A stretch of 64,000 nucleotides of DNA, taken from an uncultured Clostridia bacterium (GTDB lineage: Bacteria > Bacillota > Clostridia > TANB77 > CAG-508). The DNA is taken from NCBI GenBank assembly GCA_944391965.1, contig CALXVH010000001.1:38828-102827 (forward strand), given 5' to 3'. Positions 29,204-37,690 of this stretch are shown one piece after another (position 1 is the stretch's first letter; each line of letters begins with the position of its first letter). The translations under genes were made by a program, and so were the position numbers. Under the pieces are notes generated by a model. That model saw only the letters and a list, made by a program, of their open reading frames with translations. It ran no database searches and was not told where the DNA came from.

Positions 29204-30133
29204 CTAATTATAATTACTTATTCTTTTTAAATATTCTTTATCTTCAATTTTAGAAATTGCAAAACATTTCTTTCCTAAATCTTTTAAAGATGCTCCTACA
29301 TGATACAATTCTTTATTATCTATTACGATAAATCTATCATGGAATTTATTGGTATATGCTAATTTTAATACCGGATACTGCTTATTAAATTTTGTAATAT
29401 CTAGTTTATTTAGCTTACTATTTTGTAACGTTAAAATTACAACTTCTACCTTTTGGTTTTTCTTTGATAACATTTTTAAAATGCTATCATCTATGTAATT
29501 GTCTATAATTAATATTTTTTGTTTCGCTTTTTTTATAATATCTATAATTAAACTATAAGCATCATAAATTTGCCCATCAAAAAATATTTTTTGTTTGAAT
29601 TCCATTTTCTCATCTTTTTGTAATTCGTTAAACACTATATCAAATTTTTTATCATGTTCTAATATTTTACATTCTACGTTTGTTAATCTCTTAAATAATT
29701 TTCCATTTAGTGATATAAATTTTCTCATTTCTATAAAAGCTCTTATAATATTAATACTAACTTGTACTGCTATTTCGTTTTTTAGAACTCCTGCTAGCAT
29801 AGATATTCCTTGTTCTGTATAAACATATGGTAAATATCTTCTTCCACCATAATTTTCTTTTTTTAAACTTGAGGTTCCAAATTGGAACCTCAAGTTTTCC
29901 ACTTCTTTTTCTGTTAATTGAAAACAAAAATCCTCTGGAAATCTATTAATATTTCTTTTCATCGCTTTATTTATACTTTTAGTTGTATACTGATATAACA
30001 TTGCAACATCACTATCTAACATTACTTGTTTTCCTCTAATTGTATAAATTAAATTTTTAATATTTTCTGTTTCGTATTTTATTGCATTTAAATCTTCATT
30101 TACTGGTACGATATTATTGTTTTTTTCTTCCAT
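29204..30133 (-). CDS. ORF6N (KilA-N/Rha-like DNA-binding) domain protein
   Basis: 309 aa. N-terminal IRGKQVMLDSDVAMLYQ...RFPEDFCFQLT is typical of the ORF6N domain. The C-terminal domain (FHDRFIVID) has no assigned function. Confidence 0.75.
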   Translation of the reverse strand: MEEKNNNIVPVNEDLNAIKYETENIKNLIYTIRGKQVMLDSDVAMLYQYTTKSINKAMKRNINRFPEDFCFQLTEKEVENLRFQFGTSSLKKENYGGRRYLPYVYTEQGISMLAGVLKNEIAVQVSINIIRAFIEMRKFISLNGKLFKRLTNVECKILEHDKKFDIVFNELQKDEKMEFKQKIFFDGQIYDAYSLIIDIIKKAKQKILIIDNYIDDSILKMLSKKNQKVEVVILTLQNSKLNKLDITKFNKQYPVLKLAYTNKFHDRFIVIDNKELYHVGASLKDLGKKCFAISKIEDKEYLKRISNYN

Positions 30134-30134
30134 T

Positions 30135-31041
30135 TTATTTATAAACTATAGATGAAATTTCTGACCAAATCATATTTTGTGGTGCAATAATAAAATCTTT
30201 ATTTCCGGCTAAAGTATTAGCCTTAATCAAAGTATAATCTTGATACCTATATTCTATTGTTCCACCATCTGAATAAAATCCTCTTCTGTATACACCATAT
30301 TTACTATCAACCTCTGCCTGTTTCAAAATTTCATCTATAGATATATATTTTGCCTCTATTGCTTCTGAAAAATCTTTTGCTTCTTCATTGTTCTTTGCAA
30401 TAGTTACATTGCCACCAATCACATAAATATCGAAATCTTCTTCTGAATTTATTTTATCTACTCCCATATCTTTTCTTTGTGCATAATATATATGGTTGTT
30501 TTCTGCATAATCTGTATCTTGTAATTCGTATTCAAATAATCTCACTTCATCTTCTACGTTACTTGAGCTATTAGATTTTTTTAATATTATTTGTATTATT
30601 TTTCCATCTTTTACAAATTTTCTTTCCAACTTATATGGTTGCATTAAATATTCTTCATTTACAATTCCTTGTGATGAAAATCTATCATTACTATAATCTG
30701 TCTTTACAAGTAATTTCCTATTTTTATAATTTTCCTCATAATTTCCTTGTATAGGCACATATGTTAGTTCTTTTGTAATAATATTACCTTCTATAGTATA
30801 TAAATTAACTTTTAATGATATTTCATTCTCATATAAAACATTATTTACATTTTCAATAAATTCATCTAATTTTTCCAAGTTATATACTTTATCATTTGAA
30901 ATTGTTATAGAATCGTCTTCTACCACATTTCCGCGTTACATTAGATATTTTGTTTACATCAACCTCTTCTTTTTGTATAATAGAAACCCATGCTAACAAT
31001 AATAAAATAATTAATATTAGTACTAAAATTACTTTTTTCAT
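30135..31041 (-). pseudogene. DUF4362-like exported protein with apparent +1 frameshift near codon 38
   Basis: The ATG at 31041 (SD AAAGGTG) encodes the signal/anchor MKKVILVLILIILLLLAWVSII..., then runs out of frame. The 263-aa ORF (30135..30926) continues in the next frame and has no SD of its own. Total length is 907 nt, that is 3n+1. YNLEKLDEFIENV resembles DUF4362. Confidence 0.6.
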
Positions 31042-31062
31042 AATATCACCTTTTCTCTTTTA

Positions 31063-31947
31063 TTATTTAGACAATTTCTTTTTTAATTTTATTTGTCTTT
31101 TTATTAATAAAATCGAAAAGATTACAACAAGTAAAATAGTTGTTACAATAATCCCAAATGATACTATATTATTTGTTGAACTTTCTGCTGCTCCTGTAGC
31201 TTGAGCTGTAATTTCTATAGTGTCATTTTTTCCTGTATAACTGTCTGCCCTGTTATGTTCTTCTTGCAATTCTGTACTTTGGTTTATTGATTTATTATCA
31301 GCTGTGTTTTTTTCATCTATTGCTACCTCATCTTTTTCCTTAACAGAAGCATTTTCTTCTGGTTCAGCTTCATTTCTCTCTGTTAATCCTCTTGTTTTAA
31401 TATATAAAAATGCTCCTACAAAAATAGTTAGCACATTACCCAATAATAATTTTATAGTATTTAATGATTTATAATAATGCCATTGAACTGCTGGAATTTT
31501 CATGTTCAATATATTAGCTATTTCTTTAAAAGATAAATTACTAACTATTTTTAACGATAATATTTCCTGTTGTTTTTGCGGTAAATTCTTTATTAAATTA
31601 TTAAAATATTCTTTATCTAAAACTTTTTCTATTTCTGTATCATTATCTGAGATTTCATATAAATTTTCAAAATTTTTCTCTTTTGAATTTCTCTTTATGT
31701 AATTAATAGTTTCGTTTTTTGCAACCGAATATAACCAACTTAAATGTGATTTAGTCGGTAATTTTTCGTTATCTAATTTAAATATCTTAATAAATACATT
31801 TTGCAATACGTCTTCTGTTTCATCTGTATTTTTTAATATGCTATATATAACACCAAATACTAGTTTTGAATAATTTTTATATAATTCTTCTATTCCTAAT
31901 TTTCTATTTGTTTTTAATAGTTCAAAAATTTCCTCTTCTTTTTTCAT
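31063..31947 (-). CDS. ECF-type sigma-70 family factor fused to two TM segments and an acidic linker
   Basis: 294 aa. Sigma region 2 and region 4 (LSFKEIANILNMKIPAVQWHYYKSL) are followed by a TM, an acidic linker of about 70 aa, then AQATGAAESSTNN, a hydrophobic helix and a KRQIKLKKK tail. Confidence 0.75.
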   Translation of the reverse strand: MKKEEEIFELLKTNRKLGIEELYKNYSKLVFGVIYSILKNTDETEDVLQNVFIKIFKLDNEKLPTKSHLSWLYSVAKNETINYIKRNSKEKNFENLYEISDNDTEIEKVLDKEYFNNLIKNLPQKQQEILSLKIVSNLSFKEIANILNMKIPAVQWHYYKSLNTIKLLLGNVLTIFVGAFLYIKTRGLTERNEAEPEENASVKEKDEVAIDEKNTADNKSINQSTELQEEHNRADSYTGKNDTIEITAQATGAAESSTNNIVSFGIIVTTILLVVIFSILLIKRQIKLKKKLSK

Positions 31948-32010
31948 AATTCCTCCTGTCTTTTAGACAGTTAATATTAATAATTTTGTTAGTATTTTAT
32001 AAATTTTCTA

Positions 32011-32526
32011 TCATTTTTTTATTTGTATATCATCTTTTGCTGGAATATTATTTGTATTTAATGAATATATATAATCTTTTTTACTATCAAAATCTGCATT
32101 TAAAAATTTAAAGATTAGATTTGCTGTATCTAATGCGTGCTTAGGTTCTCCACTACCTCCACCTGTTAATACCAAAATTCCTCTTTTTTTCTTAAATGTA
32201 TGAGTTATATCTAAAAAGTATTTATTACTCCAAATGTAATTTAGTCTTGTTAATAAAGAAAACATTGGTGGAGTTACATTATACATATACACAGGTGATG
32301 CTACTACTAATGTATCATAATCGTCTTTATATATTTTCTCCATATCATCTTTAATAGCACATCCTTTGTTTTTCCAACAATATCTACAGTCTACACATGG
32401 ACTAATTTTAGCATCATATAAAAATATCTCTTCTATTTCTCCCTCTAGTTTTTTCTTTAATTCATTTACTATATATGCTGTATCACCATTTTTATGTGGT
32501 GAACCATTTAAAATTAATGTTTTCAT
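32011..32526 (-). CDS. Flavodoxin-like NAD(P)H-dependent oxidoreductase / iron-sulfur flavoprotein
   Basis: 171 aa with LNGSPHKNGDT and the Cys cluster CVDCRYCWKNKGC. Confidence 0.75.
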   Translation of the reverse strand: MKTLILNGSPHKNGDTAYIVNELKKKLEGEIEEIFLYDAKISPCVDCRYCWKNKGCAIKDDMEKIYKDDYDTLVVASPVYMYNVTPPMFSLLTRLNYIWSNKYFLDITHTFKKKRGILVLTGGGSGEPKHALDTANLIFKFLNADFDSKKDYIYSLNTNNIPAKDDIQIKK

Positions 32527-33209
32527 ACTATAACCTCATTTAATTCTTTTAAATTTGTTATTCTGCTGTATTTATTAAATTGCCTATAATTATTATCCCT
32601 ATCCATTAAAATTGGGCTTAACTTCTTTTTTACTGCAACAACTAATAAATCAGGATTATCATCAACAAATATAGCTTCATTTTCTTTTATATTAAATTCA
32701 TTTATTGGTCTATCAAAAAATTTTCCGTCCTTTTTTAATTCACAATATTCAGAAGAAATATATATCTTAGTAAAGAAATCATATATATTCCACCTTTTTA
32801 AAATATTATAAACACATGGCCAATTGTCTGATAATAATATTAATGTATGCTCTTTACTTGCATCACTTAAAAAATCATATACATCATCATACATAACATA
32901 TTTATCTTCGTTATATACAAAATCTCGTGATAATTTTTCAGCTTGCTCTTTAGGATTTCCATCTATATGTAATTCATTTATTATATTATAATAAAACTCT
33001 TTAAATGCTTCATATTCTTCTTCTCTAGTTGTCAGCTTTACAGATATAAGCGCATTATATTTATTAAATAGAAATTTTAATTTTTTTAAATCTATTTTTT
33101 CTGTTTCTAATATTTCAAAAAAATTTTGTGTTATAAACCATTCTCCTGTTTTTGGTTTTCCTAATACTAATCCAAAGTCCAAAATTATATACTTTTGTTG
33201 CTTAACCAT
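32523..33209 (-). CDS. HAD-superfamily hydrolase (putative)
   Basis: 228 aa with an ILDFGLVL N-terminal motif and VDDNPD near the C-terminus. It overlaps the downstream gene by 4 nt. Confidence 0.55.
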   Translation of the reverse strand: MVKQQKYIILDFGLVLGKPKTGEWFITQNFFEILETEKIDLKKLKFLFNKYNALISVKLTTREEEYEAFKEFYYNIINELHIDGNPKEQAEKLSRDFVYNEDKYVMYDDVYDFLSDASKEHTLILLSDNWPCVYNILKRWNIYDFFTKIYISSEYCELKKDGKFFDRPINEFNIKENEAIFVDDNPDLLVVAVKKKLSPILMDRDNNYRQFNKYSRITNLKELNEVIV

Positions 33210-33223
33210 TATTCCTCCATAAT

Positions 33224-34012
33224 CTATTTATTCAATTTATCATACATTAAATATGAATAACCTTTTAAGTTTCTTCTTGTTATATCTAAGTTTAATTCTT
33301 TTACAAAATTTAATAATAATTGATTTGCTTCATTTATAGGTATATTTTTATCATATACTTCTATTTCCACAAAATATCCCAAATCTTTAACATTATCTAA
33401 TGATATTTCAAATAAGTTCTTATATATGAAGCTATCTCTTTCTTTTATTAAATCACATACTTTGTTTATGCGTACACCTTTTAATATATTAATTGTAGCA
33501 TCTAAATTAGATACTTCTGTCTCATATTCTACAATATGAATATCTTCTTCATCATTTCCCATATATATTTTTTTATAGCATAAAATATATTTGTCTTTTT
33601 GTATTCTTATTCTAATACATTCATCATCAATATCTCCACCAAAAAACGCTGGATTTTCTGGCGAGAAATATATGTCATGTTGTTTTTTATTTGTGTGTTT
33701 ATTATTTTCTTGTTTAAAATAATAAAATAATTTTTTATATTGTTCTTCTTCAATTTCTAATTTTATCTCTATTTCTATACTTGAACTGTTTTTCTTTTTT
33801 ATTAACCTTTCGCCTTGTAAGAGTTCATTAATGGTAACACCTAATATTTGTGATATATCTGTAAACAATGATAAATCAGGCATATATTTTCCTGTTTCCC
33901 ATCTAGATACAGTTTTACTTGTTACTCCTAATTTTTCTGCGAGTTCTGCTTGTTTTAACTTTTTTTCCTTTCTTAGTTCACCTATAAATTTTCCTATTTT
34001 TGCTTGATCCAT
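33224..34012 (-). CDS. XRE-family HTH fused to CYTH (triphosphate tunnel metalloenzyme) domain
   Basis: 262 aa. The N-terminal HTH_3 is LKQAELAEKLGVTSKTVSRWETG. The C-terminal part has the CYTH signature EIEIKLE (ExExK), then RIRI, EYETEV and VEIEV strands. Confidence 0.75.
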   Translation of the reverse strand: MDQAKIGKFIGELRKEKKLKQAELAEKLGVTSKTVSRWETGKYMPDLSLFTDISQILGVTINELLQGERLIKKKNSSSIEIEIKLEIEEEQYKKLFYYFKQENNKHTNKKQHDIYFSPENPAFFGGDIDDECIRIRIQKDKYILCYKKIYMGNDEEDIHIVEYETEVSNLDATINILKGVRINKVCDLIKERDSFIYKNLFEISLDNVKDLGYFVEIEVYDKNIPINEANQLLLNFVKELNLDITRRNLKGYSYLMYDKLNK

Positions 34013-34088
34013 ATTTTCACTCCTTTTGGGTTTATTTCATATATTGTATTAGCTAACTTTAAGTATAGTAAACCCCATAAATAGCGAT

Positions 34089-34661
34089 TTATTTATTAAT
34101 ATCTTGTTCTAATTTTTTTAGTGCTATTTTTCTACTAGTAATATTGTTTTTTTCTTCTGTTTCTAATTCTGCTAATGTTCTACCGTCTTCTAATTCAAAT
34201 ATTTCGTCAAACCCAAATCCGTTATTTCCTCTCGGAGCTTCTGCTATATATCCATTTAGTATTCCATTATATATCTTTTCATTTCCTTGTGAATCTATAT
34301 ATGCAATACATGTTATGAATTGAACTGTTCGTTTAGCTTTTGGAATACCTTCTAATCTTTTTATTAAATAATTATTTCTATCTTCTTGTGTTGCATTTTC
34401 GCCTAAAAATCTTGCAGTTTTAACACCTGGGAATCCATCCAATTCTTCAATGCAAATTCCACTATCATCTGCAATACATGCAGTATTAGTTAAGCTATAA
34501 ATTTTTCTTGCTTTTATTAATGCATTATCTTCGAATGTTTCCCCAGTTTCTTCTATTTCTATATTTATATTCATTTCTTTTAGTGTTTTTATATCTTCAT
34601 TTTTAAGTATCTCTTTAATTTCTTTTGCTTTTCCTTTATTATTTGTCGCTAAAATAATCAT
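34089..34661 (-). CDS. rdgB: Non-canonical purine NTP pyrophosphatase (RdgB/HAM1)
   Basis: 190 aa with the ATNNKGK and GFGFDEIF motifs. Confidence 0.9.
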   Translation of the reverse strand: MIILATNNKGKAKEIKEILKNEDIKTLKEMNINIEIEETGETFEDNALIKARKIYSLTNTACIADDSGICIEELDGFPGVKTARFLGENATQEDRNNYLIKRLEGIPKAKRTVQFITCIAYIDSQGNEKIYNGILNGYIAEAPRGNNGFGFDEIFELEDGRTLAELETEEKNNITSRKIALKKLEQDINK

Positions 34662-34676
34662 CTTACTTCTCCTATC

Positions 34677-34703
34677 GGGATTTTAGGAACGTCCCCAAAT
34701 CCC
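34677..34703 (+). repeat. Family-1 hairpin repeat, canonical unit, operon-internal
   Basis: GGGATTTT-AGGAACGTCCCC-AAATCCC. It lies 8 nt after the ybaK-like stop and immediately upstream of the rdgB SD (AGGAGAAG). No U-tract follows. Confidence 0.85.
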
Positions 34704-34711
34704 TCCCATTG

Positions 34712-35176
34712 TTAAATTTCTATATACTCATTTCCACAATGTTTTATAAATTTTATTAAATCATCATATTTTATAGATACTGTTGCAGTGTTTCTATTTG
34801 GATGAATTAGTACTTTATTATTTTTTAATTCTTTATCTAGTACAACTGTTACTTTTTGTTCTTTATCATTTATTATTCCAAGTGGTGTTACTGATCCTGG
34901 AGTTAGACCTAAATATTCTTGTAAATCGTTTTCATTTGCAAAAGATAATCTTTTACTATTAATTTTTTCTGGTAAAGTTTTTAAATCAGCTCTTTTATTG
35001 TCTGGTAGTGTATACAAAAATAACTTTTTCTTTGCATCTTTTAAAAAGAGATTCTTGCAGCCTATTCCTTCCATTTCTAAACAAACATCTTGTAAATCCT
35101 CTACTGTATAGACAGCTTTATGCTCTTGCAACTTATATTCTATATTTAATTCTTTTAAAACTCCCAAGATATCCAT
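34712..35176 (-). CDS. YbaK/ProX-type aminoacyl-tRNA deacylase domain protein
   Basis: 154 aa with the GSVTPLG motif and YbaK/EbsC-like length. Confidence 0.75.
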   Translation of the reverse strand: MDILGVLKELNIEYKLQEHKAVYTVEDLQDVCLEMEGIGCKNLFLKDAKKKLFLYTLPDNKRADLKTLPEKINSKRLSFANENDLQEYLGLTPGSVTPLGIINDKEQKVTVVLDKELKNNKVLIHPNRNTATVSIKYDDLIKFIKHCGNEYIEI

Positions 35177-35236
35177 AAATTCAACTCCTTTTGTTTAAGC
35201 TAAAATATCACAAAAAACAAAAAAAATCTAGTATAA

Positions 35237-35731
35237 CTAGATTTCTTTTACATCATCTTCAATTAAATAACACATTTCCTCATGTACATCTATATTTTCA
35301 TTAATTTTATTCGTGTCCAATTTTATGTATTTAATAGTTCCATTTGCAAGTACATTTCCTTGTAAATCTAAGATTTTAGAATCTACAACAAAAAATTTAC
35401 TATTTTCTTTTATAAGTATTCCTTTTCCTATTAATTCGGTTTCATATGGTACTGGTTTTCTATATTTTGTATCTAATGACATTGTAACACCAAAATTTTC
35501 TTCATTCCCATCTTTTGCCCATAAAGCTCTTAGTCCCATTTCATCAAGCATTGCAGTAATTAACCCACCATGTACTCTTCCTGGATAGCTTTGATGTTCT
35601 TCTCTATATTTAAATTTTGTCATTACACTTCCATCTTCCATATTATAAAATTGTGCATGTACACCATATTTATTATCCATTCCACATATTGCACACATTT
35701 TACTATTTCTTTGTTTACTTACTACTTTCAT
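35237..35731 (-). CDS. PaaI-family hotdog-fold thioesterase
   Basis: 164 aa with GRVHGGLITAMLDE and an N-terminal CAICG motif. Confidence 0.8.
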   Translation of the reverse strand: MKVVSKQRNSKMCAICGMDNKYGVHAQFYNMEDGSVMTKFKYREEHQSYPGRVHGGLITAMLDEMGLRALWAKDGNEENFGVTMSLDTKYRKPVPYETELIGKGILIKENSKFFVVDSKILDLQGNVLANGTIKYIKLDTNKINENIDVHEEMCYLIEDDVKEI

Positions 35732-35747
35732 TTTTCTACCTCCTAAA

Positions 35748-35820
35748 GGGGATTTAGGGACGTTCCTAAAATCCCTCTTTATATAATTTAAACAAGTAAA
35801 AAAGAACGTCCCCTAAGCCC
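35748..35820. repeat. Family-1 repeats: inverted canonical unit plus forward partial core
   Basis: GGGGATTT-AGGGACGTTCC-TAAAATCCC (35748-35775) directly abuts the thioesterase SD (TAGGAGG). AGAACGTCCCCTAAGCCC (35802-35820) touches the NUDIX stop codon. Confidence 0.8.
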
Positions 35821-36254
35821 TATCCATTATAAAATTCTTTACTTAAATATTTTTCTATTATTCTTCTAGTTGGTATACAGGTATTTTCTGGCATATCTTT
35901 TACAGCAAACCAATCATATTTTACAAGTTCATCTGTTTTTGGCAATTTTATATTTCCACTGTATTCTTCTGCAATTAAACCAAATGTTGCAAATTGTGCA
36001 TAGCTATTTACATCATTTTGTACACAAATTACTTTTATTTTGCTTACATCTAAATTACATTCTTGTTTTGTTTTTCTAATTCCAGCCGCTTCTATTGTTT
36101 CTCCAAATTTTACCTTGCCACTTGGAAGAGTCCACGTGCCTTCTAATCTCATGTCCGAATCTGCCTTTTTTGCATCATCATTCCTAAGTAACATTAATAT
36201 TTTGTTTTCGTTATTTTTAATTATTATTCCTACTCCAATACCTATTTTTTCCAT
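35820..36254 (-). CDS. NUDIX hydrolase
   Basis: 144 aa with the Nudix box GKVKFGETIEAAGIRKTKQECNL. Confidence 0.85.
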   Translation of the reverse strand: MEKIGIGVGIIIKNNENKILMLLRNDDAKKADSDMRLEGTWTLPSGKVKFGETIEAAGIRKTKQECNLDVSKIKVICVQNDVNSYAQFATFGLIAEEYSGNIKLPKTDELVKYDWFAVKDMPENTCIPTRRIIEKYLSKEFYNG

Positions 36255-36312
36255 CTTTTATCCTTTCTTGTATATTTATATCATATTTCATATAAAAAAT
36301 CTATTAATTTAC

Positions 36313-36351
36313 AAAAGTTTTGCGACGTACAATGTACGCCACAAAACTTTT
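36313..36351 (-). terminator. Long GC-containing hairpin overlapping the stop of the 166-aa orphan gene
   Basis: Outer arms AAAAGTTTTG/CAAAACTTTT enclose inner arms CGTACA/TGTACG. On the minus strand a U-rich stretch follows. Confidence 0.65.
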
Positions 36352-36850
36352 ACATAAGATAAACTTTGTCCACTCCTTTTAAGAGTGTTTTGTTAGAAAG
36401 TTGCTTTGCAAGCTCGTCATTCTTTTTCAGCTCCTGTTTAGAGACAATCAAAATTGTCTGATAAGCTAGTTCTTTTTCCATAGCTACTTCAAGGAAGCCT
36501 AACCGAGCATCCAGACTATAAAAATAGCGTTCAACAAGAGCTGTCCCTAGCTTTAAAGCCTTTTTTACTCTTGTATAAAATTCGTTATTGACTTTCTGTT
36601 GGAAGTCATTCATATCTGTAACCGTTTCTTGCAATTCATCTCGGATTACTGAATAAGTAATTCTTCTCACCTTATCTTTTTCTGCAAATTTTCTGATTTT
36701 TTTATTATCAGATAATCCGATAAGCAGAATTAACGTCCGATGTTTAGCAAGTTTTTTAAAATCCGGCTTTTTATTACAAAGCTTTCCCTCCTTTACTGAT
36801 ACTGGAAACATGTTCGCATACCCAGTTTGGGTAAATTGTTTATTTCCCAT
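36350..36850 (-). CDS. Hypothetical protein, modestly G+C-elevated orphan
   Basis: 166 aa with a strong SD (GGAGG). My hand count is 166 G+C in 480 nt (about 35%). I recognise no family. Confidence 0.6.
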   Translation of the reverse strand: MGNKQFTQTGYANMFPVSVKEGKLCNKKPDFKKLAKHRTLILLIGLSDNKKIRKFAEKDKVRRITYSVIRDELQETVTDMNDFQQKVNNEFYTRVKKALKLGTALVERYFYSLDARLGFLEVAMEKELAYQTILIVSKQELKKNDELAKQLSNKTLLKGVDKVYLM

Positions 36851-36909
36851 TTTTTTCTACCTCCTTGAAATTTATTCACTTTTTATTATACCATTTTACT
36901 CAAATTGCC

Positions 36910-37596
36910 TCAACCATTTATAACATCTTTTATAACTTCTCCAGCTATAATTAGACCTGCTACAGAAGGTACAAAAGATATACTTGCAGGTGTTTTATAG
37001 TCACCATCATTTGGTTTTATTGGTTCTTCTTTTGAATATACTACTTTTAATTTTTGTATACCTCTTGAACGTAATTCTTTTCTCATTACTTTTGCAAGAG
37101 GACATACAGAAGTTTTATAAATATCTGCCACTTCAAACTTAGTTGGATCCAATTTATTTCCTGTTCCCATTGCAGAAATTATAGGAATATTAAGTTCATT
37201 AGCTCTGCATACTAATTCTATTTTTCCAGTTACTGTATCTATTGCATCTACTATATAATCTAACGAATTATCTACTAGCTTACTTCCTGGCATAAAGAAC
37301 TCTGTAGATATATCTACTTCTGCTTGTGGATTTATGTTTAATATTCTTTCTTTCATAACATCTACTTTATTTTTTCCTATAGTAGTTATATTGGCATGTA
37401 TTTGTCTATTTATATTAGTAATATCTACTGTATCATTGTCAACTAATAAAAATTTTCCTATTCCTGCTCTTGCCAAGCCTTCTACAACAAAAGAACCTAC
37501 TCCACCAATTCCGAATACTGCGACTTTTGATTTATTTAATTTTTCTACATTTTCTTTTCCTATTAATCTTTCCTCTCTACTAAAACCTTCGTACAT
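36910..37596 (-). CDS. tcdA: tRNA threonylcarbamoyladenosine dehydratase (ThiF/TcdA family)
   Basis: 228 aa with the Rossmann motif GIGGVGS and E1-like ThiF family features. Confidence 0.8.
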   Translation of the reverse strand: MYEGFSREERLIGKENVEKLNKSKVAVFGIGGVGSFVVEGLARAGIGKFLLVDNDTVDITNINRQIHANITTIGKNKVDVMKERILNINPQAEVDISTEFFMPGSKLVDNSLDYIVDAIDTVTGKIELVCRANELNIPIISAMGTGNKLDPTKFEVADIYKTSVCPLAKVMRKELRSRGIQKLKVVYSKEEPIKPNDGDYKTPASISFVPSVAGLIIAGEVIKDVING

Positions 37597-37690
37597 TTTT
37601 CCTCCTATAAATATAAACTAAAATAATTATATCTCTTAATATAATTTATTAAAAGATGCACTTAAACTTTCGTGCATCTTTTATAATAAA

